Shown piece after piece: positions 18,219 through 25,898 of a DNA stretch of 64,000 nt. Position numbers and translations under genes: made by a program. The stretch is from NCBI GenBank assembly GCA_035506175.1, contig DATJPZ010000023.1:31687-95686 (forward strand). The letters are read 5' to 3'. How positions within the stretch are numbered: position 1 is the first letter of the stretch; every line of letters begins with the position of its first letter. This DNA comes from Thermoanaerobaculia bacterium (GTDB lineage Bacteria > Acidobacteriota > Thermoanaerobaculia > UBA5066 > Gp7-AA6). A model generated the notes under the pieces. The model made no database searches, was not told the origin of the DNA, and saw only the letters and a list, made by a program, of their open reading frames with translations.

Positions 18219-18240
18219 CACCCCCAGCGACAGGGGGGTG
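18219..18240 (+). promoter_or_regulatory. Hairpin that pairs with the first candidate start codon of the permease gene
   Basis: CACCCCC (18219-18225) pairs with GGGGGTG (18234-18240) across an 8-nt loop. The GTG at 18238-18240 lies inside the 3-prime arm. Confidence 0.2.
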
Positions 18241-19614
18241 CGCGTGAGTCAGCAGCCGGGTTCCCACCCGCACGGGGCCGAGCTCGCCCGCGAGCTCGGC
18301 CTGTTCGACGCGATCAACCTCGTGATCGGCACGATCATCGGCTCGGGCATCTTCCTGGTGCCCTCGGAGATCGCCCGCGCCGTGTGGACGCCGGGCTGGA
18401 TGCTCGCCGTCTGGGTGATCGGGGGCGTCCTCACGATGCTCGGCGCGCTCTCGCTCGCCGAGCTCGGCGCCGCGATGCCGGAAGCGGGCGGCATCTACAG
18501 CTTCATCACGCGGGCCTTCGGACGGCTGCCGGGGTTCCTCTGCGGATGGATGCTCTTCACCGTCGCGACTTCCGGCTCGATCGCGACGCTCGCCGCGGCT
18601 TTCCCGATCTACCTCGGCGCGTTCGTGCCCTTGAACCCGACGACGTCCAAGGTCGCCGGCGTCGTCGCCGTCGCCGTGCTGACCTGGATCAACGCGATCG
18701 GCGTCAAGAACGGCGCGCGCGTCGGCAACGTCCTGACGGCGCTCAAGGTGGGCGGCCTGATCCTCATGGTCGCGGTGATCTTCATCCTTCCCGGGCCCAC
18801 GCAGTCGGCTTCCGCCGCGGCGGCCGCCGCCGCGCCGTCGCTGCCGGCGGGCACCGCGCCGATGACCGCGGTCGGCGTGGCCCTCGTCGCCGTGCTGTGG
18901 GCGTACGAGGGCTGGCACGACGTCAGCTTCGCGGCCGGCGAGATGCAAAACCCGCAGAAGAACTTCCCGCGGGCCGTCATCGGCGGCGTGGCGATCGTGA
19001 TCGGCCTGTACCTGCTCGCGAACCTCGCGTACCTGAAGATCCTCTCGCCCGCCGAAATCGCAGCGACCGACAAGGTCGCCCTCCTCGCGATGACCCGCGT
19101 CACCGGCGAGTGGGGCGGCAAGGTCCTGACGGCCGCGATCCTGTGCTCGATGCTCGGCGCGATGAACGCGCTGATCCTCGCCGGACCGCGCGCGTACTAC
19201 CAGATGGCCAGGGACAAGCTCTTCTTCGAGCGGGTCTCGCGCGTCCACCCGCGCTGGCGCACGCCGGTCGAGTCGCTCGTCTTCCAGGGTCTCTGGTCGA
19301 CGTTCCTCGTCCTCTTCATCGGCGGGTTCTCGCAGCTCTTCACGTACGTCATCTTCGGCGGCTGGATCTTCTACGCCCTGGCCGTGCTGTCGGTCGTCGT
19401 CCTGCGCCGCAAGGAACCCGGCCTCGTCCGGCCGTTCCGCGTGCCGGGATATCCGGTCGTCCCGATCCTGTTCGCGCTGACGGCCGGCGCGATCGTCGTC
19501 AACACGCTCATCCAGACGCCGCGCGAGTCGCTCCTCGGCCTCGCGTTCATCGCGCTGGGGATCCCCGTCTACTGGATCCAGAGCGCCGTTCGGCGGCGCG
19601 CGCGGGCCGGCTGA
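18238..19614 (+). CDS. APC-superfamily amino-acid permease
   Basis: The N-terminal LGLFDAINLVIGTIIGSGIFLVPSEIA is typical of the family. About 12 hydrophobic segments are present. The start is GTG 18238 or the in-frame GTG 18244. Confidence 0.85.
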   Translation: MRVSQQPGSHPHGAELARELGLFDAINLVIGTIIGSGIFLVPSEIARAVWTPGWMLAVWVIGGVLTMLGALSLAELGAAMPEAGGIYSFITRAFGRLPGFLCGWMLFTVATSGSIATLAAAFPIYLGAFVPLNPTTSKVAGVVAVAVLTWINAIGVKNGARVGNVLTALKVGGLILMVAVIFILPGPTQSASAAAAAAAPSLPAGTAPMTAVGVALVAVLWAYEGWHDVSFAAGEMQNPQKNFPRAVIGGVAIVIGLYLLANLAYLKILSPAEIAATDKVALLAMTRVTGEWGGKVLTAAILCSMLGAMNALILAGPRAYYQMARDKLFFERVSRVHPRWRTPVESLVFQGLWSTFLVLFIGGFSQLFTYVIFGGWIFYALAVLSVVVLRRKEPGLVRPFRVPGYPVVPILFALTAGAIVVNTLIQTPRESLLGLAFIALGIPVYWIQSAVRRRARAG

Positions 19615-19624
19615 GCCCGCGGCT

Positions 19625-20497
19625 TCAATCCTCGAGAGAGCCGAACTTTCCCGACTGGAAGTCGAGCATCGCCTGGCGGATCTCGCCTTCGGCGTTCATC
19701 ACGAACGGCCCGTAGGCGACCACCGGCTCCTCGATCGGCTCGCCCGCCAGGACCAGCAGGCGCGCCTCGCTCCGGGCTTCGACCGCGACGCGCTCGCCTT
19801 CGTTCGCGAAGAGGACGAAGTCGCCGACGCGGGCCGCCTCGCCCTGGATCGCGACCTCGCCCCGCATCACGAGGATCGCCAGGTTCTCGCGCGGCGGAAA
19901 GGAAAACTCCGCCTCTCCGCCCGCGTCGAGCGCGGCGTCGAACATCGAAACCGGCGTGAACGTCTTCGCGGGACCGCGAACGCCCCGGTACTCGCCCGCG
20001 ATCACGCGCACGCGGCCGCGCGGCAGAGCGACGATGCCCATCCGGTCGGCCGTGATGGCCTGGTAGCCGGGCGGATCCATCTTGTGGGCGCGCGGGAGGT
20101 TGACCCAGATCTGCGCCATGTGCATCGTGCCGCCGGCCCGGGCCCAGGACGCCTCGTGGTACTCGCGATGGAGGATGCCGGACGCCGCCGTCATCCACTG
20201 GACGTCGCCGGGTCCGATGACGCCGCCCCGGCCCGTGCTGTCGTGATGCGCGACGCTGCCCTGGAAGGCGAGCGTCACGGTCTCGAAACCGCGGTGCGGA
20301 TGAGGTCCCACGCCGCGCCGCTCGTTCTCGGTCGGCGGGTAGTCGTAGGGCTCGTGGTAGTCGAGCAGCAGAAAGGGGCTCAGGCGCTTCTCGGCGTCGG
20401 GAATCCGCGAGAAATAGCCCATGACCCGGAAGCCGTCGCCCACCCAGTGCGGGCGCGGCCCGGAGACGATGCGGTCGATCCGGCGGAGCGCGTTCAT
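19625..20497 (-). CDS. Pirin-family (bicupin) protein
   Basis: Motifs include HWVGDGFRV, FLLLDYH and GPHPHRGFETVTLAFQGSVAHHDS, followed by a second cupin half. Confidence 0.85.
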   Translation of the reverse strand: MNALRRIDRIVSGPRPHWVGDGFRVMGYFSRIPDAEKRLSPFLLLDYHEPYDYPPTENERRGVGPHPHRGFETVTLAFQGSVAHHDSTGRGGVIGPGDVQWMTAASGILHREYHEASWARAGGTMHMAQIWVNLPRAHKMDPPGYQAITADRMGIVALPRGRVRVIAGEYRGVRGPAKTFTPVSMFDAALDAGGEAEFSFPPRENLAILVMRGEVAIQGEAARVGDFVLFANEGERVAVEARSEARLLVLAGEPIEEPVVAYGPFVMNAEGEIRQAMLDFQSGKFGSLED

Positions 20498-20549
20498 CGA
20501 CCCGACATACGCCCGAAGCCGCGGCGAGGGTTCCCGAGCCCCCGCCGGC

Positions 20550-21887
20550 CTACCGCGCGCCCGCGGCCTCGAAGGACTCGAGGATGATCGCGAGCGCCTC
20601 TTCGACGTCGCTCTTCCCGACGGTCAACGCCGGCGCGACGCGGAAGACGTTGCCCTCGAGGCCGCTCTTGCCGACGAGGAGGCCCCGCTTCTTCGTCTCC
20701 TCGAACACGCGGCCGGTCAGCGCCTTCGCCGGCGTGCGGTCTCCCGCGGTCTCGTCCTCGACGAGCTCGATCGCCTGCATCAGGCCCATGCCCCGGACGT
20801 CGCCCACGTTCTTCGGATAGCGCCGCTTCAGCTCGTCGAAACCGCCGCGCAGGATCCTGCCCATCCGCTCGGCGTTGCCCGGCAGATCTTCTTCCTCGAT
20901 GATCCGGATCGTCGCGTTCGCCGCCGCGCAGGCGGCGGGGTTGCCGCCGAACGTCGAGATCGTCAGCGCTTTCAGCGACGCGGCGATCTCGGGTGTGGCG
21001 ATGCACGCGCCGAGCGGCAGGCCGTTGGCGATGCCCTTGGCCATCGTCATGATGTCCGGCGCGACGCCGTAGTGCTCGATCCCCCACATCGTGCCGCCCG
21101 TGCGGCCGAATCCCGTCTGGACCTCGTCGCAGATGAAGACGCCGCCGTACTTCTTGACGATCGCGACGGCGATCTCGAAGTACTCCGGGGGCGGCGTGAT
21201 GAACCCGCCCACGCCCTGGATCGTCTCGGCGAGAAACCCCGCGATCCGCCCCGTCGTCGTCGTGCGGATGAGCTCCTCGATGTCCTTCGCGCACGCGACG
21301 CCGCAGGACGGATACGTCAGCTTGAGCGGACACCGGTAGCAGTAGGGCGCCATCGCGTGCTTGACGGCGGCCACCGGCGTCGGGAGCGGGCGCCACGTGC
21401 CGACGGCCGTGAGCGACTGCGCGAGCATGGAGCGTCCCGAGTACCCGTGGCGGAGCGCCACGATCTCGGTGTTCCCCGTGTGGAGCTGCGCGAGCATGAC
21501 CGCGGTCTCGTCGGCCTCCGTGCCCGTCGCGGCGAGAAAGCTCTGCTGGAGCCGGCCGGGCGTGATCCGCGCGAGCGTCTCGGCGAGCTGGACGACCGGC
21601 ACGGACGGGTAGAGGCTCGACACGTGCGAGAGCCGCGAAATCTGGGCGACGACCGCGGCGTTGACGCGCTCGTCGGCGTGGCCGATCGAGACCGTCAGGA
21701 TGCCGCCGAAGAAGTCGAGGTACTCGTTGCCGTCGGCGTCCTTGATGCGCAATCCCTTGCCTTCGGTCAGGACGACCGGCTCCTGGTAGTACTGGATCGT
21801 CGCGGGCAGCAGATACTCCTTGTGCTTCTCGCGCGTCTGACGCGAGAGCGCGGAAGTCGGGGCCGGGGCCTTCGTCGTCGTGCTCAT
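20550..21887 (-). CDS. Class-III (omega) aminotransferase, beta-alanine/3-aminoisobutyrate:pyruvate type
   Basis: Motifs include FFGGILTVSIGH, FICDEVQTGFGRTG and DIMTMAKGIANGLPLGA (the PLP lysine). It is adjacent to mmsA on the same strand. Confidence 0.85.
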   Translation of the reverse strand: MSTTTKAPAPTSALSRQTREKHKEYLLPATIQYYQEPVVLTEGKGLRIKDADGNEYLDFFGGILTVSIGHADERVNAAVVAQISRLSHVSSLYPSVPVVQLAETLARITPGRLQQSFLAATGTEADETAVMLAQLHTGNTEIVALRHGYSGRSMLAQSLTAVGTWRPLPTPVAAVKHAMAPYCYRCPLKLTYPSCGVACAKDIEELIRTTTTGRIAGFLAETIQGVGGFITPPPEYFEIAVAIVKKYGGVFICDEVQTGFGRTGGTMWGIEHYGVAPDIMTMAKGIANGLPLGACIATPEIAASLKALTISTFGGNPAACAAANATIRIIEEEDLPGNAERMGRILRGGFDELKRRYPKNVGDVRGMGLMQAIELVEDETAGDRTPAKALTGRVFEETKKRGLLVGKSGLEGNVFRVAPALTVGKSDVEEALAIILESFEAAGAR

Positions 21888-21939
21888 GGGTTCTTTCTCC
21901 CGGCGGGAGAGGGCAGGGTGAGGGGCGCCCTCTCTCCGC

Positions 21940-23391
21940 TCAAAACCACCTCGAAATGACGACCTTCTTGTCCGTGTAGAACTCGTACGCGTCGCGGCCG
22001 TGCGCCTTCAGGTCGCCGAAAAAGCTGTCTTTGGCGCCGCCGAAGGGAAACTGCGCCATCGGCGCCGCGACGCCGATGTTCACGCCCACCATCGACGCGG
22101 TCGCGAGGCGCGCGTACTCGCGCGCGGCCTTGCCGCTCGAGGTGAAGATCGAGGTGGCGTTCGCGTTGGGGTGCGCCTGCATGACCGCGATCGCCTCCTC
22201 GAGGCTCTTCACGGGCGTGATCGAGGCGACCGGGCCGAAGATCTCTTCGCGGCCGATCGTCATCGAGGACGTGACGCCGTCGAAGAGCGTCGGGCCGAGG
22301 AAATAGCCCTCCGGCCGGCCGGCCACGGGATTCTTCCGGCCGTCGAGCACGAGCTTCGCCCCTTCGGCCACGCCCTTCTCGATGTAGCCGACCACGCGGT
22401 CGCGGTGCGCCGCGGAGATGACCGGGCCCATCGCGACGCCGGCCTCGGCGCCGTCGCCGACCTTGAGCGCTCGCGCCGCCGCCTCCAGCCGGTCCCGCGC
22501 CTCGGCATGCGCGGACCCGACCGGCAGGAGGACGCTGCCGGCGAGACACCGCTCGCCGGCGCAGCCGAAGAAGGACTCGGTGATGATCTCGGTCGTCCGC
22601 TCCATGTCGGCGTCCGGCATCACGACGATGAAATTCTTCGCGCCGCCGAGCGCCTGGACGCGCTTGCCGGCGTGCGTCCCGCGCTGGTAAACCGCCTTCG
22701 CCACCGCCGTCGAACCGACGAAAGACACGGCGCGGATGTCGGGATGGTCGCAGATCGCCTCGACGACCGAGCGGCCGCCGTGGACGAGGTTGACGACGCC
22801 CGGCGGCAGGTCGCACCGCTCGAGCAGCCGCGCCATCAGGGCCTGCGTCAGCGGCACCTGCTCGGACGGCTTGACGATGAACGTGTTGCCGGTGGCGACC
22901 GCGAACGGCAGGAACCAGAGCGGCACCATCGCGGGAAAGTTGAACGGGGCGATCGCCGCGCAGACGCCGAGCGGCTGGCGGATCACGTTGCAGTCGATGC
23001 CGGAGGCGATGTTCTCGAGCCCGTAGCCCATCATCAGCGAAGGCGTGCCGCACGCGACCTCGACGCACTCGATGCCGCGCCGCACGCTGCCGCGCGCCTC
23101 GTCGAGCGTCTTGCCGTGCTCGCGAGTGACCGTCGCCGCGAGCTCCTCGAAGTGCTCCTCGAGCAGCTGCCGGAACCGGAACAGGGCGCGCGCCCGAATG
23201 ACCGGCGGCGTGTCGCGCCACGCCGGGAACGCCCGCTTCGCGGCCGCGACCGCGGCGCCGAGATCCGCGGCCGTCGACAGCGGCGTCCGCGCGATCGTCT
23301 CCCCGGTCGAGGGGTTGTGGACGTCGAGGAACTCGGTCGCCGCCGAAGCGATCCAGCGGCCGGAAACGAAGTTTTGAAGCGCTTCTACCAG
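21940..23391 (-). CDS. mmsA: CoA-acylating methylmalonate-semialdehyde dehydrogenase; the start is assigned to CTG 23391 (see findings)
   Basis: Family motifs are IAPFNFPAMVPLW, FVGSTAVAK and FFGCAGERCLA (catalytic Cys). Manual translation upstream of the track start gives ...LVEALQNFVSGRWIASAATEFLDVHNPSTGETIARTPLS...AFPAWRDTPPVIRARALFRFRQLLEEHFEEL... in the same frame. That stretch contains no ATG, GTG or TTG. Confidence 0.85.
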   Translation of the reverse strand: MVEALQNFVSGRWIASAATEFLDVHNPSTGETIARTPLSTAADLGAAVAAAKRAFPAWRDTPPVIRARALFRFRQLLEEHFEELAATVTREHGKTLDEARGSVRRGIECVEVACGTPSLMMGYGLENIASGIDCNVIRQPLGVCAAIAPFNFPAMVPLWFLPFAVATGNTFIVKPSEQVPLTQALMARLLERCDLPPGVVNLVHGGRSVVEAICDHPDIRAVSFVGSTAVAKAVYQRGTHAGKRVQALGGAKNFIVVMPDADMERTTEIITESFFGCAGERCLAGSVLLPVGSAHAEARDRLEAAARALKVGDGAEAGVAMGPVISAAHRDRVVGYIEKGVAEGAKLVLDGRKNPVAGRPEGYFLGPTLFDGVTSSMTIGREEIFGPVASITPVKSLEEAIAVMQAHPNANATSIFTSSGKAAREYARLATASMVGVNIGVAAPMAQFPFGGAKDSFFGDLKAHGRDAYEFYTDKKVVISRWF

Positions 23392-23413
23392 AACCCCCTC
23401 CGGAGAGGGGATT

Positions 23414-23845
23414 CTACTCGTCGCAGTCCGGGCAGCCGAGGAAAGGAATCCGCTCCGCGGGCGTCGGGTGCGCGTCGCCGGCGATGCCGGCCCAGGCGCC
23501 GCCGTGCGCGTGCCAGAGGTAGCACTCGAGCTGGTAGGCCTCGTTGGCGTTCTCGGCCAGGATCCAGCCGAAGAGCACGTTGACGCGGCCCTCGCGGGCG
23601 TACTGGAGCAGGCGCTGGCGCAGGTCCACGTCGTCGCGGCCGACCCGCTCGCGGATCTCGCCGTCGGGGCCCACGCTCTTCAGAAAGAAGACGCCCGGCC
23701 GCCCGGGCGGCACCGAGCGCGCGACGTTGCCCTCGGTCAGACGGATCGCCGGCTGGACTCGGGTCGAAGGCGGGAGCCCGGGAAAGAGGGAAAGCTGCGC
23801 CGGATTGGGAGGTGCGTCGTGGCGCGCTCGCCCGGCAAGCCTCAT
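23414..23845 (-). CDS. Hypothetical protein with a GIY-YIG-like core and a C-terminal CPDC motif
   Basis: PGVFFLKSVGPDGEIRERVGRDDVDLRQRLLQY...FGWILAENANEAYQLECYLWHAHGG follows the GIY-(x10)-YIG...R...E spacing loosely. The gene ends 22 nt upstream of mmsA. Confidence 0.4.
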   Translation of the reverse strand: MRLAGRARHDAPPNPAQLSLFPGLPPSTRVQPAIRLTEGNVARSVPPGRPGVFFLKSVGPDGEIRERVGRDDVDLRQRLLQYAREGRVNVLFGWILAENANEAYQLECYLWHAHGGAWAGIAGDAHPTPAERIPFLGCPDCDE

Positions 23846-23909
23846 CGGGACATTAGTTTAGCGCGGAACGGGGCTCCTGAACAGGTCCCGGCCGCCGCTT
23901 GACCCCTCG

Positions 23910-23923
23910 CCTGCCGCGGCAGG
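23910..23923. promoter_or_regulatory. Perfect 14-bp palindrome CCTGCCGCGGCAGG in a divergent intergenic region
   Basis: The palindrome lies between the divergent starts at 23845 (-) and 23954 (+). A TTGACC hexamer sits at 23899-23904 just upstream. Confidence 0.15.
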
Positions 23924-23953
23924 AGACTCGGACTCGGCAGAAGGAGGGAGCCC

Positions 23954-24442
23954 ATGAGATTTCGATTCGCGGTCTCGGCCCTTGGCGCACTCGCGCTCGC
24001 CGCCACGCTCTCCGCGCAGACGAAGATTTCCGGCACCATCCAGTGCAAGCCCGGACCCGTCGCGCCCGTCGCCATCGGCGACAAGCCCGGCCACGCTTTC
24101 GCCGTCGTCCAGTCCGAATGCACCTGGACCAGGCCCATCGAAATCGCCGGCGTGCCGTCGAAGTCGGGCGTGGACACCGTCGTCACCGAGATGTCGGGCA
24201 ACAAGTCGAGCGACCGGGGGTATCACCTCGACACGATGGCCAACGGGGACAAGTTCACCGCGCGCTTCCAGGGCACGGGAACTTCGAAGGACGGCAAGCC
24301 GGTCAGCGCCAGCGGGACCTGGTCGTTCATCGAGGGCAGCGGCAAGGTCAAGGGGATCAAGGGCAAGGGAACGTACAAGGGAACGGCCAACGCCGACGGG
24401 ACGATGACCAACGAGATCGAGGGCGAGTACTCGCTCCCCTAG
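23954..24442 (+). CDS. Secreted hypothetical protein (beta-rich, Gly/Lys/Thr-rich)
   Basis: GAAGGAGGG precedes ATG 23954. The signal peptide is MRFRFAVSALGALALAATLSAQ. Confidence 0.6.
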   Translation: MRFRFAVSALGALALAATLSAQTKISGTIQCKPGPVAPVAIGDKPGHAFAVVQSECTWTRPIEIAGVPSKSGVDTVVTEMSGNKSSDRGYHLDTMANGDKFTARFQGTGTSKDGKPVSASGTWSFIEGSGKVKGIKGKGTYKGTANADGTMTNEIEGEYSLP

Positions 24443-24467
24443 GGGGACGGGGGCGGGCCGCCGGTGA

Positions 24468-24881
24468 CTACGAGGCCGCGCGTCCCGCCATCTTCTCGAT
24501 CTCGCTCCACTCGCGGTCCGAGACCGGCATGACGGAGAGCCGCGAGATCCGGACGAGCGGAAAGTCCTTGAAGAACGCCTTCGCCTTGATCTCGGCGAGC
24601 GTGACCGGGCGCGGGAGCTTCTTCACCGGAACGACGTCCACCGCATAGAGCTTGCCGTCGGGGTCCTTCGGATCCGGATACGCGTCGCCGGCCGCCTTCG
24701 CGATCGCGACGACGGCCTTCTCCTCGCCCGTGTGGTAGTAGAAGATCCGGTCGCCCTTCTTGACCGTGCGCAGGTTCTTCTGCGCCACCGGGTTCTTCAC
24801 GCCGGTCCAGCTCGTCTTGCCGTCTCGCGCGAGGTCGTCGTAAGCGTAGTGCGTCGGCTCCTCTTTGAACAGGAAGTTCAT
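24468..24881 (-). CDS. EVE (PUA-like, thymocyte nuclear protein 1-like) domain protein
   Basis: The product is 137 aa, reading MNFLFKEEPTHYAYDDLARDGKTSWTGVKNPVAQKNLRTVKKGDRIFYYHTGEEKAVVAIA...VPVKKLPRPVTLAEIKA. The start overlaps the upstream stop (ATGA at 24878-24881). Confidence 0.8.
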   Translation of the reverse strand: MNFLFKEEPTHYAYDDLARDGKTSWTGVKNPVAQKNLRTVKKGDRIFYYHTGEEKAVVAIAKAAGDAYPDPKDPDGKLYAVDVVPVKKLPRPVTLAEIKAKAFFKDFPLVRISRLSVMPVSDREWSEIEKMAGRAAS

Positions 24882-25099
24882 CGTTCCCCTCCGCTCGCCG
24901 GCGCGGCGGTCAGGTCGCGCGGGCGGGTCACCCGGGCGTCGGCGGGAATCGCCGTCGTCCCGACCGGGACCACTGTCTCGATCACGCCGCCCCGCACGAC
25001 GACCACGCCGGGGTCGATCCCCTTGCCGGCGGCGAAGGCGGAAATCGTCGGGAGCGCGGCGAGGGAAATCGACCCGAGCCGGCGAAGGAACCTGGTCAT
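24878..25099 (-). pseudogene. 73-codon ORF resembling only the signal peptide and first beta-strands of an amidohydrolase (fragment or micro-ORF)
   Basis: MTRFLRRLGSISLAALPTISAFAAGKGIDPGVVVVRGGVIETVVPVGTTAIPADARV... parallels the N-terminus of the 6917..8215 amidohydrolase (...AGRLID...VILIENGRVKAVGPSVAIPAGATVID...). It stops before the HxH motif. Confidence 0.35.
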
Positions 25100-25188
25100 G
25101 CCGGCGCGGGATTCTATATGCTTCGCCCTTCGCGGAACGGCCCGAGCCCTCGGTCCGCCGCGACGAAACAGTGGGACAGGAGGACACA

Positions 25189-25827
25189 ATGATTCGGAAG
25201 GCATCCCTTCTCGCGGTTTCCCTGCTCGTGGCGGGCGCCGTCGCGGTCTCGGCGCAGGATCACAGGCCGCTCTCGCCGGCCGGCACGGCGTCGACGATGG
25301 TCGGCGGCAAGTGGGGCGCGCCGGACAAGGACGGCGACCGGAAGTACACGCCCGGCAAGTGGATCGAGGTGACGTACAGCCGCCCGATGCTCCGCGGCCG
25401 CACGGACATCTTCGGCAAGGGCGCCGACTACGGCAAGACGGTCAACGGCGGCGCCCCGGTGTGGCGCGCCGGCGCGAACGCGACGACGAAGTTGAAGACC
25501 GAGGTCCCATTGACCTTCGCGGGCAAGAAGCTCGAGCCGGGCAGCTACGACGTCTTCGTCGAGCTCAAGGAAGCCGGCTGGACGCTCATCCTCTCGACCC
25601 AGCCGACGCAGGACAAGTACGACGCGAACGACAAGACGAAGATCTGGGGCTCCTACGGCTACGATCCGAAATTCGACGTCGTCCGCGTGCCGATGACGAT
25701 GAAGACGCTCTCGGCCTCGATCGACCAGTTCACGATCGCCTTCGCCGACATGACGGACGCCGGGGGCAAGCTCGTGCTCGCGTGGGACAAGACGGCGGCC
25801 ATGGCGCCGTTCACCCTGGCGCCGTAG
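25189..25827 (+). CDS. Secreted DUF2911-like protein
   Basis: AGGAGG lies 5 nt before ATG 25189. The signal peptide is MIRKASLLAVSLLVAGAVAVSAQ. Family-like segments include WRAGANATTKLKTEVPLTFAGKKLEPGSYDVFV and WTLILS. Confidence 0.7.
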   Translation: MIRKASLLAVSLLVAGAVAVSAQDHRPLSPAGTASTMVGGKWGAPDKDGDRKYTPGKWIEVTYSRPMLRGRTDIFGKGADYGKTVNGGAPVWRAGANATTKLKTEVPLTFAGKKLEPGSYDVFVELKEAGWTLILSTQPTQDKYDANDKTKIWGSYGYDPKFDVVRVPMTMKTLSASIDQFTIAFADMTDAGGKLVLAWDKTAAMAPFTLAP

Positions 25828-25898
25828 GGCGGTTCTTTTTGCCGGCTCGTTTCGGCATCGTCGGGGCGGCCCTCGCGGCCGCCCGCGCCGTACGGGGA

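Noticed and set aside
8550-25099. Reading the STAND-like kinase, the GIY-YIG-like protein and the EVE protein together as a defence island
   Set aside because: The three genes are separated by ordinary metabolic and secreted-enzyme genes. They are not co-oriented or coupled with each other. No restriction, Cas, toxin or abortive-infection partners are visible. The GIY-YIG core is degenerate.
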